Source: Octopus sinensis
Lineage: Eukaryota
DNA: 64,000 nt
Reading direction: 5' to 3'
NCBI RefSeq assembly: GCF_006345805.1
Contig: NC_042998.1
Coordinates: forward strand, 86,056,001 to 86,120,000
This document shows positions 25,330 to 39,643 of the stretch, in pieces; position 1 is the first letter of the stretch, and each line of letters opens with the position of its first letter. The translations under genes were made by a program, and so were the position numbers. The notes beneath the pieces were generated by a model that saw only the letters and a list, made by a program, of their open reading frames with translations, was not told the origin of the DNA and did not search any database.

Positions 25330-26560
25330 AGATTAGTACAAAATACCTTTTAAAACAATGTACCAAAGCCACCTAAAAAGTGAGGGAAATATATAAAATA
25401 TAGACATACCATGTTATACCTAAATAAATGTTAAATTGAGACAGATTTATAATTAGCAGATAACTTGCTATGTACAAATGAAAGAAAATGTTAGGGTAGA
25501 ATATTACAAATTTATTAGATTAATTCTTAAAAAAGTTCATGCACATCAATACTTTTGCTGTATTGGTAATTAGTTAGAGCTTAATATTCTCAACTGGATG
25601 CTAAATGACTTGGTTAGACCAGACTGGAAATAATGATTTGTATTTAGAATATGCCACGCAAAATCTGACATACGAATATTATATTCACCATGAATACAGG
25701 GATGTAGGGGTATTATGCATGTAGAAAACTATTATAAGATATCAAATGTGGGACTACAAAAGTATTTAAGAATAAAAGGAGACTAATACAAAGGGTGACA
25801 AAAGATGAACAAGAATAAAAGCAAAACTGCTTTTTGTTTCTTATCAGATCGTTAACTACAAAATTGAGGTTGAAATAACCTTCAGCTGTGAGAATGATAG
25901 AAAAATAACAAGAGATATTGTGGAAACAAAAAGTTCAAAATGGAGATAGAGAACTAGCATGATAAAATGATGCAAAGAAAAGACACTACATGGCCAATAG
26001 ATGAAAAGGCTGAAAAGAAGAAAGAGGGCAATAAATAATAGGGAAAACTCAGGACTGGCTGAGAAGCTTAGAACTTACAGCTGAGACTAAATTATTTTTG
26101 ATTTGTGGCACAAGAACAAAGCAACACACCAGAAACTGCAGAAACTTGTAACGAAGTTGGAAATGTAAAATATGTGGAGGTTGTAAAGAAATAATTAGTT
26201 CAGTCTATGACAAAAGGGAATATATGCATACCTGACAGAGTTTGAGGGTTCATACATTTGACATTATGCCATTATTGTGAAATCATTGAAGGAAAGACGT
26301 GGTGCAAATATACACTACAAAAGGATTCTACAGAAGGTGAAAGTGACTGTACATATAGATTTACACAAGCAGTGATATTAAGTTAAATAACCCCAAGAAA
26401 GAAGAAAAAACAAAAAGCAAAAAAGGCATCCTAACAGAAAGAAATAAGGTCACTTTCCAAGTATGAAGACATACAAGAAGAGATGTCTATAAGTATAATG
26501 TGATTGAAAACAAACAATCCCCCATAATATCAGCAACCTTGAGATAATACAAAGAATAGA
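25330..26560 (+). mobile_element. Highly degenerate R4/Dong-like retrotransposon remnant
   Basis: Patchy similarity to the post-RT and zinc-knuckle regions of the other R4-like copies; no long ORF. Confidence 0.5.
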
Positions 26561-26885
26561 TGCATGATGAATACATAACCAAAACACCAGAATTCTCTCT
26601 CTCTCACACACACACACACATACATGTTCATGCTATATACAGAAATCTCACTACTATGTACTGCATACATATTATATGGAACACTTAATGCAATGTAAGA
26701 CAAATCTTAAACAAATCATTGCATGTACTTTAAAGCAACTAGGACTGTGGTTGATTGTGCCTTGAAAGCAAATTAAAAAAGACTACTGAAATATTAATAA
26801 TGATTAACAAGTAAATACACGCATTATTAAACAAATAAAAAAACAAATAATGAAACTTAAACATTTCATTTTCTTTTACTTGTAG

Positions 26886-27005
26886 AATTCAAAAGGAATT
26901 GAAGACTACATGAAAATTGAAGATAAATATAAAGGTTTCATCACAGTAGTAAAAGCACTGGACTATGAAACAAGAAACTTTTTTGAATATACAGTACAAG
27001 TATTT
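26886..27005 (+). CDS. Cadherin module copy A exon, EC2 (NSKGIEDYMKIEDKYKGFITVVKALDYETRNFFEYTVQVF)
   Basis: ttttcttttacttgtag acceptor, TTT|gtaagt donor, 120 nt, phase 0/0. Contains the G-x-I-x-V and LDYE motifs. Confidence 0.93.
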
Positions 27006-29564
27006 GTAAGTATTTAAACTTAAATTATCTTTTCGTGGGTTTCCATTCTTATTGAAATGAAATGGTAACAGTATAATATATATACACATTCATACACACA
27101 TGTCAAATCTGTAGTAAGTTCTTAAGTTTTCTATATTTATTTTATGGTTTTAAGTTGAAATTTTGTAGACCAGCCCACTCAACGGAATATTGATTTTAAG
27201 AAGGGCATCCAACCATAAAAACCATGCCAAAACAGCACACAGAAGCATAGCACAGGCTCCAGATTCACCAGCTCCAGTCAAACCGCCCAACCCATGCCAG
27301 CATGGTAAGAGGACATTGAACAATGTCTGTCTGGTCAAACAAATCAGTTCCTTTCTCTTTATTCTTTCTGCTTGCACCAAAAGTATATGAATTTCAATGA
27401 GGTGCTCAACTCTCACATATTTTCAAAGAAAATAATTTTGCAGTTTCTTTAGCAACAAATAGTTTGGACATGCTTTGCTAATGGCAGCAAAGATATCAAG
27501 AAAAAAGGAAATATGAACTCACTTCCATACATTCACACAAACACATACTTATACATCATCATCATTTAATGTTCATTTTATTTGCTGGTATAGGCTGGAC
27601 AGTTTGACAGTAAGTTCCAATGTCAACTTTGGCATAATTTCTATGGCTGGATACCCTTCCTAGTGTCAGTCACTTTACAGTGTGTATTGAGTACTTTTTT
27701 ATGGCACAACCAATGGTGAAGTTGCCAAGTAACTTGCAAGACAAAAAAGAAAAGAAAGAAAATATCTCCTCGACTGAGTGGACATGTATTTGAGAAATGA
27801 GGTGACTTTATGGCTGGTATTGGAGGCAGAAGTATGATAGAGTGACAAGCAGAGGTATTTTGCTATAGAGGAGATACATGGCTACCCTATATCACATGAG
27901 GGTGAGTGATAGTAGCTGGGAGATAAGGATGGTGGGGATGAGTGCCAGAGTATACTCTCAAAATATAAGAAGGTAAATATGAAGGAGAAAATAGGTAGTA
28001 GATCAGAAGGGAAGAGGACCAGAAGGGTAATTTCATAAGAGTATGAGAGAATATTGACAGGTAGAGATGGGGCTGGAATTAGCTGTAGTGAGTGATGAAC
28101 AAGGGTGGAGGTGTAGCTGATAGTAAATATCAGTATTGAAGTGGGAGAGTGAGAGAAATAGAAGTGGCTCAGAAAGGAAGAGTGATAAGCAGCAGCATAG
28201 GAGGTGTGGAGAGTAGCAGTATCAGAAATAGGTGGACAAATCAGAAGAAATAAGATGCTGTGCAAATTTTGAAATTGGATGAGGATGGAAGGCAAGTGAC
28301 AGTCGTAGAGATGGAGGTTAGAGGCTAAAGTGAGTGGGAAGACAGAAGTGATTAGGGTGTTGGGGCTGTCATCAATAGCAGATATAAGAAAAAGAAAAAA
28401 AAAACTGATATCACACTTGTAAAAGATGAGGAAAATCAGAGGTGGGGAAGAAAAAATTGATTGCACTGAAAAAGGGTTGATTAGTGGAAATTGTACATGG
28501 ACTGGGATGATAATGAAAATAAGGACTGGAGTTTAAAAAGAAGTGGTTCCAGAGGAAGAAGGAGGTAACTAATAGAGTAAAAGGAGGATGAAATATGTGC
28601 TGATTCTGCTCTCAAATGATTATAGTACTGAGTAGTGCTATAGAAGAGTGATGGGAGAATGGATGCAAGAAAGATGAGATGTAAGGCAATGCTTGATGTG
28701 GGTAGATTGGTTTCAGGGCCTAACGTATACAGGCATAATGCTTTTAGCATTTCATTTTCACCATGATTCACAGTTCTTGAATACAATGAACTGATGTTCA
28801 TCTTGGTCCTTTCTCATCTATTCTGTGAGGCTCAGTATCCTGAGATCAGCCTTTGCTACCTATCCCACATCTTCCTGGGTTTCCTTCTTTTATTATTTCC
28901 ATCCATTTTAAGCAATTGGCATTTCTTTATACAGCTGTCTTCATCTATATCCATCACATGACCAAACTATCACAGTCTTGTTTCTTATATGCTACTTCTG
29001 ATTCTTCTTATACCTTATTTTTCTCTTAACACATTTACTCTTTATAGTACATGCACATTGATGTAGATCCAAGGGAGCATATCCCCTCCATTCTTCTCCA
29101 GTCTTCACATGTCCTCTGTGTTCAGTGCCCACATCTCATACCAAGTAGCATTGCATTTCATGCCCAAGCATCATACAATCTGACTTTCACTCTGGGAGTT
29201 AATAGTCCTCTGATCATTCTCTGTCCTATTCTTATTCTAATAATTAAACATTCAAAATATCTTGCTTCACTGCTAGTTAGGCCACCTAGATAGCAGAAAT
29301 TATCTATGTCTCTAGAGAACCTCCTTGACATTTGAGAAAATCTGTTTCCTGTGTGCCTCAAGTGTTTATTTCCCCTGTGCATCTTCTATATACAAAGACT
29401 ACTTTTTCTAGGAATTACTGCTGAAATTCTTAAAAACTGCTCAGGATTCAAGTGTACTAACCTCTGTGGTTAATTAGATTTTACAGGAAGGTGTCATAGT
29501 CAATAGATGCTTTTGTATGTGTGTGTGGGGGGCATGTTAGATGTGTAAGTAGGTATGTATGTTC

Positions 29565-30860
29565 ATAGGGGGTAATTCAATAAATAACTCTAATCTAAGA
29601 AACGTCAAATGTATTTTAAATAAAAATTCCTGCACACATGTTCTCTCTCAACAAGCATTTTTATAAGATTATTCTAAGAACATGCCTTCAACTTTGATGA
29701 CTTTTTCAATGTAAGACTCAGATTTTTGACATATCTACACTAAATAGGCCTTTTTATTGGACATCACCTGGACAATGGCAGTATTCAGTGAAGCTGTGAT
29801 ATCTTGAGTAAATTGATTAGTCTCCCTTGCAACAATAACCCAAATGTAATCAATGGGATTTAAATCTAGTGATTGTGTATGTCACAAGATAGGTGCCATA
29901 TGACTAAAGATTGTCTAGATTGTCTGGCATTGATTCTTGGATTTTGTTAGATGGTACTGAGTCTTGTTGAAATATGCATGGCCTTTCACTGGACACTTCA
30001 CCTATCCAAAGCTTAACAAATGTCTTCCACACTTCGATGTATCCAACAGCTTTAATTCTAATATCTTGTTAAAAGATGTGAAGTTGTGTGACATGACCTT
30101 CATTACTCACCACTCCTAAAACCGTCACAGTTGCTGGAAACTTATTGTTCATTACTCAATGAATAACAGAAGGATCTGCACATACTGATGTTTTTCTCAT
30201 CAAAGAACCAAACATGCTATGTTTGTGAAGGTTTTTACCTCATTAAGTAACCACTTGGCATAGATCAAATGGTTTTCCTGTTTTCGCTGACATAAATCAG
30301 CTTCTCCTCAGTACATATGACTTGTATTAAATGTCTTTGTGGACCACGATTTTGATAATCCATTCCAACACCTATGGTTCTTTGGTGGTGAGCCTCAATG
30401 TTTTCAGAATCATCAATGTTTTGCGCCTGTTGGATGAATTATGGTATCCTTATTATGTCTGAACATTTAGAATTTTTTTTTCCTCTTTGATACAATTGAA
30501 ACATTCTGCCAGAGTCTTTCAATTCCATCTGAACTTTGTATAATAAAAAAGATTGTAAAATATATCTAAGAGTTGTTAAAGATGAGGAAATCGAAAGGGT
30601 AGGAGGAAAGAGGGCTGATCAGTGGAAAGTACATATTGATAGGGATGAGTAGTGCCATAGTTAGAAGAGTGATGGGAGGATCTTGCAACATTTGGACAGT
30701 TGGCAATTTCTAAATCACTTTGTTCTACACAATGAATGCATATCTTTTCATTTCTCATGTTAACATGTTATTTACTATGATAGATCTAGAAAAAACAACC
30801 TTTTTAACTGCTTTGAAGAAAATAATATACCGATAAGTAAATTTTCTGAAATACCCATCA
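29565..30860 (-). mobile_element. Degenerate DD37D/maT-like transposon
   Basis: Similar along its length to 7935-8915, for example the shared ttaagtaaccacttggca and cagaaggatctgcac blocks. Confidence 0.6.
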
Positions 30861-31629
30861 TGCCCTGTATATACTGCTCTCAATTATTGTAAGCACATTG
30901 AATGAAATTAACCTCATAACTTGAAGCAATCTAATGCTACTACACCCTGATATTTGCCTCAATGCATCAGAGGAATTACTGACTTCTTTGAAGTGAAGAT
31001 TAGAAAGATATACATCTTTAAGAACTTCAAAGGGCTTGAAACAACCTTTGTCATTGAAAACTACAAAAGTCCTTGTAAAGGACACTAGTGCACAATGCCA
31101 AAAGTTCAACCTTTGCTATGTAAAGTTTGAACCAGATAGTGCATTGTTTAGGTTTCAAAGGTCCATTGCACTTCACATTTTTGCCAAAAAGCTTGGGAAA
31201 TCTTTTTGGTGTGGATACAAATGTTTTTAAAAGACAACTGGATGTCTTGTAATCTGATATTCCAGATGAACCTACTTCATAGTAAAAAATGCAAATGAGA
31301 GTAGCAGCTTCAAAGAATGAAGGTTAGTTAAATTGTAGCAACATCAATGTCAGTATCCCAGTATGTACACAGATTGCAGCCAAAATGTGTCCAAGAGTAG
31401 AAGAGTAACAGAGGAAATGTGTAAATATATGTGTATGTGTGTGTGTGTGTGTGTGTGTCATTGTTCAGTTTTATTTCAAGATTTCTTGCCAATAGAGAAA
31501 AAGCCAGTTTCTAACCTAGATCCAACATCATCAACAGGGTAATTTTGTTTGTATGTATGTGTATGTGCAGATTTGTAATTCTGCCTTATGCATGTATTCT
31601 CATGCACATAGTTGCATATCTAGACATGC

Positions 31630-34600
31630 TCTTCATCATCATCATCATCGTTTAACATCCGTTTTCCATGCTGGCATGGGTTGAATGGTTTGACTGGGGA
31701 TTGGCAAGTCAGGAGGCTGCACCAGGCACCAGTCTGATCTGGCAGTGTTTCTACAGCTGGATGCCCTTCCTAACACAACCACTCTAAGAGCGTAGTGGGT
31801 GCTTTTTACATGCCACCAGCATGGGAACCAATCAGGCGACATTGGCATCGGCCATGTTCGGATGGTGCTTTTTACTTGCTACCGGCACATGATCCAGTTG
31901 GGGTGGGAGACTAGCATCAATCATGTTTGGATGGTGCTTTTTACATGCGACCAGCACAGGAGCCAGTTGGGGCAGGGAGGCTAGCATCAATCATGTTTGA
32001 ATGGTGCTTTTTACATGCCACCAGCACAGGGAGCCAGTCAGGTAGCAATGGCAATAACCCATGGTGCTTATTGCGTGCCACCAGCATGGGAGCCAGCCAG
32101 ATGGCACTGGCAGCTGCTACAACTACAATTTCCTTTTGATTGTGATTTGATTTTACTTGACTCAATAGGTCTCCTCATGCACGGAATATCGCCCAACGAT
32201 TCAAAGATACTTTTTAAATGGGCTGGTTATGCGACACTGGTGTAGGCTATGGCTGTGGTGTCACTTTACTTGCTTGGTCTTCTCAATCACAGTATCTCCG
32301 GAGGTCTCGGTCTTTCATCATTGCCCAACATTCGAAGGCCATGCTTCATTACCTCGTCCCATGTCTTCCTGGATCTCCCTCTTCCATGGGTTCCTTTCAC
32401 TCTTAGGAGGTGACACTTCTTCACTAAGCTCTCCTCATCTATATGCAGCACATGACCATACCATCACAGTGGTCTCACTTACACATCACATCTGATGTTT
32501 CTTATGTCCAACATTTCTCTAAGGGTGCTTACACTCTGTTGTGTGCACACACTGACATTATATATCGAGCGGATCATACCAGCTTCATTTCTTTCAAGCC
32601 TGTGCATGTCTTTAGCAGTCACAGCCCATGTTTCACTGCCATGTAGCATGGCAGTATGCACACAAGCATCGTACAATCTATCTTTCACTCTCAGCAAGAG
32701 GCCTTTGTCACCAGTACAGGTAGGCGTTTTCTGAACTTTGTCCAGGCTATTCTTATTCTAGTAGCAACACTGTCCGAGCATCCACCCCCACTACAGACTT
32801 GGTCACCTAGGTAGAGGAAGCTATCAACTACTTCTAGTTTCTTCCCTTGGCATGTGATGGAATCAGTTTTCTGAGCATCTGCGGTGTTTATTACCCCTGT
32901 GCATCTGCTGCACACAAAAGCTGTCTTCCTAGTTAACCTTCCTTTGATGTTGCTTCTCCACTTATGCATCCATAGCTTACACTGGGTACATCTTATGGAG
33001 TTTCTACCTACAACTTTTCTACAGATTGTGCAGATCCATCTACCTGAAGGGGTTTGTGATGTGTTCACCTTTCTACTTACTGGGACTTTGGTTTTGCAAC
33101 ATTGAATCTAAGTCCCTTCAATTCTAAATCTTGCTTCCACACCTGAAATTTCTTCTCTAGATCTTGTAGTGATTCTGCTATGAGATCAAGATCATCAGCA
33201 TAGAGGAGCTTCCAGAGGCAACTTGTCTTGAATTCCTGTGTTATTGCCTGGAGGACTATGATGAATAAGAGAGTCCTTAGGGCTGATCCTTGGTGAACCT
33301 CTACTTCTACCTGGAATTCTTCACTATGCTCATTGCCAACCCTTACCTTACTAACGGCATCCCTGTAAAGGTCCTGTACAGCTCTTATTAACCACTCATC
33401 AATCCCTTGTTTCCACATTGCCCACCCTGTCAATGGCTTTCTCTAAGTTAACAAAAGCCAAGTATAGGGGTTTATCTTTTGCTAGGTATTTCTCCTGCAG
33501 TTGCCACACCAGGAAAATAGCGTCAGCGGTGCTTCTACCTGGCATAAAACCAAACTGCAAACTCTCTCCCTAATTAGTTGGGCTATCACCCTCTCATGAC
33601 CTTCATCACCTGATCCAGCAGTTTGATACCCCTGTAGTTATTTCTATCTAAAGTATCACTATTACGTTTGTAGCAGTTGACTATGGGGCTGCTACACCAG
33701 TCATTGGGTACGACTCCTTTGTAAACTACCAGGTTTACAATACAGGTGACTAGGCCAAAATACTCAACACCAGATATTTTAAGCATCTCAGCAATGATTC
33801 CTGATGGTTTGAGTGCTTTTCTTAACTTCATATCCTTAATTTCTTTATCTACCTGGGCACTGTCGTTTCAAGTAGCTGGTCTCTCAATTTGGTCAACCTT
33901 TAGCAGACTCTCCTTCTTCCATTCCTTCTCCACATTTAGCAGTCTTTTGTAATGGCTTCTCCAAGCCTCTTTTTTGCAGAATCTTTAAAAGTAAGTGCAC
34001 CGTCATCCAAGCTGACACATTTCTCTCCTGTGACATCACAATTTTTTCTCACACACTGTCTTGCATCCAAAATACTTCAGTTCTTTGGTCCTCACATCGC
34101 TGAACATCGGAAAACCTCTTCTTTTCTGCCTCTCCCTTAGCTTTGTATACCTGTCTCTCAGCCTCCCTTCTGGCTATCTGGTACAGTTCCTTGCTACCCC
34201 CACTCTTCCAGGCTTTCCAGGCCTGTTTGTTTGCTCTAATGGCCTTGTCTACTGTATTATTCCACCACCACGTTACTCTAGGTCTGGAAGGGACTTTACA
34301 CTAGCCACAGATTTGATCTGTGGTGCTCAGTAAGCTGTCCTATGGGAATTCCCAGTTACCCTCTATGTCCAAAGTCTAGCTCTTCTTCTCTTTCATCAAA
34401 TTTCTCAATGAGGATGTCCCTAAATCTCTGAATATGTGAAGGATTCTTTAGCTTCCAAAGCCTTCTTTCCTGGATTGGTCTGCTTTTTGGCATCCTTCTG
34501 GCCTCGAGTCTATAAAGTGACTCATGACTAGTCCATGCTGGGGGGGGGGGTGCATTCTTCACCAGAAGGGTCTTTGTATTTAAGAGCAATCTTGCATCCC

Positions 34601-35231
34601 ACTGCCTGGTGAGGATAAAATCGATTTGGCTAGCAAAGTCACCTGATTGATAGGTTATCAGGTGGCTATCTGGCTTCCTGAAGTTAGTGTTGCAGATTAA
34701 TAGGTTGCATGCATCACAGAACTCTAGTAGCCTAGTTCCCTCTTCATTTCGGGAACCAATTCTATGACCCCTGGGAACACCATGGAAGATACCATATTAC
34801 CATCTGACATGCCCATTAAAATTTCCAGCCACAAAGATGAAGTCATTGCCACTCGTCTTTAAGGTAGCCTATAGAAGGGTATCATAAAAGTGGTCCTTCT
34901 GATTGTTTGGTAGGCCCACTTGTGGGGCATAGGCAGAGATAATTGTAGCTATACTATTCTGAAGAACTAGTTTGAGCTTAAGCACTCTATTGCAGGTATG
35001 ATAGAGGGGATAGGTTTTCCTGTGAGAGAAGAGTGATATCTGACGATGGTGGTAGGAGAAGAGAGAGATCCGGTAATGGTGGTGGAAGAGAGATCCCGTA
35101 ATGGTAGTGGGAGAAGAGAGAGATATCCGGTATTGGTGGTAAGAGAAGAGAGAGATATCAAGTATTGGTGGTGGGGCTGGGAATGGGTGGGCACACCACA
35201 AAAAAGCAAGGGTTAATTTAGGAGATTTCAT
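31630..35231 (-). mobile_element. Near-complete but disrupted RTE-clade LINE with SINE-like VNTR 3' tail
   Basis: APE fragment IISAYAPQVGL...FYDTL (34869-35231), NYRGIKLLDQVMK, HQGSALxxLLFIIV, LLYADDL, a Cys-rich segment, DSFLYLGD and MLHGSETW. The 3' tail is at about 31630-32200. Confidence 0.88.
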
Positions 35232-36109
35232 TTAGAAAATTACATGAAGAATTAAGGTGAAATAAACAAATTACATGAAGAATTAAGGTGGAACAAACAA
35301 GCAAGGGTTGATTCAGAGAGTTGGTATGAAAAAATATGTAGTCAACTTGAAATTTCATCAAGAAAATTACATGAAGAATTAAGGTGAAATGAAGGCTGAG
35401 GGAGAGAGATTAGGAAGTAATATATTGAACGGTCAATTGAAATAATTCTTTTCTACTCTAGGCACAAGGCCCAAAATTTTGGTGGGAGGAGTTCAGTCAA
35501 TTAAATTGGCCCCAGTGCGTAACTGGTACTTAATTTATCGGCTCCAAAAGGATGAAAGGCAAAATTGATCTCGGTGGAAATTGAACTCAGAACGTAAAGA
35601 CAGATGAACTTCTGCTAAGCATTTCATCCAGCGTGCTGACATTTCTGCCAGCTCGCTTCTTTTCATTTTAAATAATTAGCTTATGAAAGCAGGTATTAGT
35701 AAATACACATTAAAGTATTACTAGTGATGATGGATGAATGCGTGAAAAGGTCGAAAAAAAGAGAGAATATCTTAGTTTAGCAATGCATAACTGGGCATCT
35801 AAGAAACGTTTGTATTGGAAAGAGTTGTGTGAAAAGCAGGGAAGAAAACTTGTGAGTAAGTGTTTTATAGACATGCTATGGCTGGAAGTGGACATTATGG
35901 AGGGTGCTGAAGACAATAGCAATGATAGTAACAGAGTAGCATAAGAAGCCATAGTGAGTGGGAAGGAATAAGAGAATAGTACGAAAAGTACTTAGCCACC
36001 ACGAACAAGCAAGGGTTAATTTAGGAGATTCCATTTAGAAAATTAGATGATGAATTAAGGTGAAACGAAAGCTGAGAGAGAGAGAGAGATTAGGAAGTTA
36101 TATATTGAA

Positions 36110-36960
36110 GGGTCAACTACAAAGTTTTATAGATTGTTACAGTTCCAGTGATAAATTTGATCTGTAGTTTTCGAATTTGCTTTCTCCTCTCTGATTTTGA
36201 GAAGCCTAATTTCTCAAGATTGGTATTTAGGTGGTGTGTTATATATCTCAGGGCCCCAAGAATTACAGGTATAAACCTGAACTTGTAATCTGGATAGAGT
36301 AACTGCAGATTTCTCAATAGTTCAGTGCAGGTGTTCTCATTTTCACTGATTGTCAGCTTTATGTTAACATCAGCTGGGCAGCTAATTTCCACAGCTTTGC
36401 ACAGTTTCTCTTCTCTATCTCAAATCAGGTCTGCTGTGTTTACATTTTATTGAGGTCTTCACTGGAACATTCCATCAGTATTCCTTTTTATTATGAGTGG
36501 CTATGGCTTCTACCATACTGTAGGTTCTTATTTCTTTGTCCTTGGGGTTATTCTTCCAATGGATTTCATTATAGAGTGTCCTAGCTACAACATCATGTCT
36601 CATTGGTAGATAATGCCATGATGACATTTTCAGACAACTACTTATGATGTGGTTGATATCTTCTGTGTTAACTACACAAAGTATGCATTGGTTGTCACAT
36701 TTTACTGCTTTTCTTGCATCTCTATCCCTTTTGTGCATCAGGTACTTGGTTAATATTTCCTGTTCCTGGATTGCAAACACATATCCTTTAAAGAGGGAGG
36801 TAGTAATCCGGCTATTGGTCCATGATAAACTGCTTTGATGATCAATGTTACTATCATTTTGGAGCTTTCTACTAACACTCATGCATAGTCTTCTGCTCAT
36901 ACAGGCTCATCCTTTCATCCGATGATACGTTACAGTAGAATCGTGCGACTTCTTTGGGCA
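36110..36960 (-). mobile_element. 3' part of an R4/NeSL-type retrotransposon (zinc knuckle and REL endonuclease)
   Basis: FAIQEQEI, CILC...HIISSC, RHDVVA, and EISCPADVN...FIPVILGALxYI. Confidence 0.75.
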
Positions 36961-37239
36961 TGTATTCTAGGTTATGAGACGATGAATGTTGCAGAAGGAG
37001 CTGCTTTCCAAGTCTTATGACGTTATCAGTCTCATGTATGCAAACTTGGAGAGGGGATGCACTTCAACACTTGGTGTATGCATGTATGTTCTTGGATATA
37101 ATCATCATTATCATCATCATCATCATTTAACATCCAGTTTTTATGCCAACATGGTTTGACTAGTTTGACAGGATTGGACAAGCCATGGGACTATGGTTTC
37201 TATGGCTGGATACTTTCCTTAACACCAGTAACTTTATAA

Positions 37240-37489
<250 letters not shown>

Positions 37490-37495
<6 letters not shown>

Positions 37496-38172
37496 CATCA
37501 TCATCATCATCATCATTTAGCGTCCGTTCTCCATGCTAGCATGGGTTGGACGGTTCAACTGGGGTCTGTGAAGCTGGAAGGCTTCATCAGGCCCAGTCAG
37601 ATCTGGCAGTGTTTCTACGGCTGGATGCCCTTCCTAACGCCAACAACTCCGTGAGTGTAGTGGGTGCTTTTTACGTGCCACCCGCACAGGTGCCAGACAG
37701 AGCTGGCAAACGGCCATGAACGGATGGTGCTTTTACGTGTCACCGGCACGGGGCCAGGCGAGGCTGGCAACGGACACGAACGGATGGTGCTTTTACGTGC
37801 CACCAACACGGGGGCCAAACAGAGCTGGCAAACGGCCATGAAACGGTTGGTGCTTTTACGTGTCACCGGCACGGGGGGCAGGCAAGGCTGGCAACGGACA
37901 TGAACGGATGGTGCTTTTACATGCCAGGTGCTTTTACAAAGATCATGCTTCACCATCTCATATATATATATATATGTATCATCATCATCATCATCGTTTA
38001 ACGTCCGTTCTCCATGCTAGCATGGGTTGGACGGTTCGACCAGGGATCTGGGAAGCCAGAAGGCTGCACCAGGCTCCAGTCTTATCTGGCAATGTTTCTA
38101 CAGCTGGATGCCCTTCCTAACGCCAACCACTCCGTGAGTGTAGTGGGTGCTTTTTACGTGCCACCTGCACTG

Positions 38173-38227
<55 letters not shown>

Positions 38228-39109
38228 TCATCATCATCATCATCATCATCATTTAACGTCCGCTTTCCATGCTAGCATGGGTTGGACGGTTCAACTGGGG
38301 TCTGGGGAGCCCGAAGGCTGCACCAGGCCAGTCAGATCTGGCAGTGTTTCTACAGCTGGATGCCCTTCCTAACGCCAACCACTCCGAGAGTGTAGTGGGT
38401 GATTTTATGTGCCACCGACACAGGTGCCAGACGAGGCTGGCAAACGGCCATGCTCGGATGGTGTTTTTATGTGCCACCGACACAGGTGCCAGACGAGGCT
38501 GGCGAACGGCCACGCTCGGATGGTGTTTTTATGTGCCACCGACACAGGTGCCAGACGAGGCTGGCGAATGGCCACGCTCGGATGGTGTTTTTATGTGCCA
38601 CCGACACAGGTGCCAGACGAGGCTGGCGAACGGCCACGCTCGGATGGTGTTTTTATGTGCCACCGACACAGGTGCCAGACAAGGCTAGCAGACGACCACG
38701 CTCGGATGGTGTTTTTTATGTGCCACCGACACAGGAGCCAGATGAGGCTGGCGATCGGCCACGATCGGATGGTGATTGTTACGTGCCCACAGCATGGAGG
38801 CCAGTCGGTGCGGCACTGGCTACGGCCACGTTCGGATGGTTTTCTCGTGTGCCACAAAGATACAAATTCCATTGATGTTCATCTATTTTGATTTTGTTTG
38901 ATTTTTTGATTTTTTGATTTGATTTTCACTTGCCTCAACAGGTCTTCACAAGTGTCACAAGAAGGAAGGTATGCACAGGTGGACTGACTACGTCCCAGGT
39001 AGGGGCCACGGGTTATGGCCTGACTAGTCTTGCCGGGTCTTCTCACGCACAGCATACTTCCATAGGTCTCGGTCTCTAGTCATTTCCTTGGTGAGACCGC
39101 AGTACATTG

Positions 39110-39110
<1 letters not shown>
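37490..39110 (-). mobile_element. Cluster of three same-orientation SINE-like elements separated by (TA)n(CAT)n
   Basis: Three (cat)n-ttaacgtccg starts at about 37495, 37980 and 38225. Internal VNTRs include a 62-bp unit at about 38403-38830. Confidence 0.88.

Positions 39111-39112
<2 letters not shown>

Positions 39113-39198
<86 letters not shown>
39113..39198. repeat. (TA)n microsatellite
   Basis: Direct reading. Confidence 0.97.
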
Positions 39199-39205
<7 letters not shown>

Positions 39206-39594
39206 CAATAATACTATTCCACAGCCAAACCAACAAGAACTGGAGACTGGTTTATTTGAAGTATGGACAAAAATTCCTTTGGAAACAATTCAAACTTTGT
39301 AAGAGTCCAGAATTCAAGCTGTTATTACTGCCAAAGGTGGTCCTACCCCATATTAAAATAAATTTGTTTGAAATTTTAAGGTATTTCCATTATTTTGTCC
39401 AACCACTGTATAATCATCAGCATCATCATGATCATTTAATGTCTGTTTTCCATGCTGGCATGGGTTGGATGGTTCGACTGGGGTCTGGAAAGCCAGGAGA
39501 CTGCACCAGACTCCAGTCTGATCTGGCAAGAGTGTAGTGGGTGTTTTTTACGTGCTATCGGCACAGGGGCCAGAGGGGGCTGGCATCAACCACA

Positions 39595-39639
<45 letters not shown>

Positions 39640-39643
<4 letters not shown>

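Noticed and set aside
27882-28466. 194-aa minus-strand ORF
   Set aside because: Low-complexity product of purine skew, which makes stops rare on that strand; no protein motif.
35210-36115. Direct repeats of caagcaagggttaatttaggagat... around 35205, 35300 and 36005 as LTRs
   Set aside because: They are short, partial and irregular, with no TG...CA ends, PBS or target duplication. More likely fragments of a dispersed repeat.
38403-38830. Regular 62-bp repeats resembling a CRISPR array
   Set aside because: There are no unique spacers, the units lie inside a eukaryotic SINE, and there are no cas genes.
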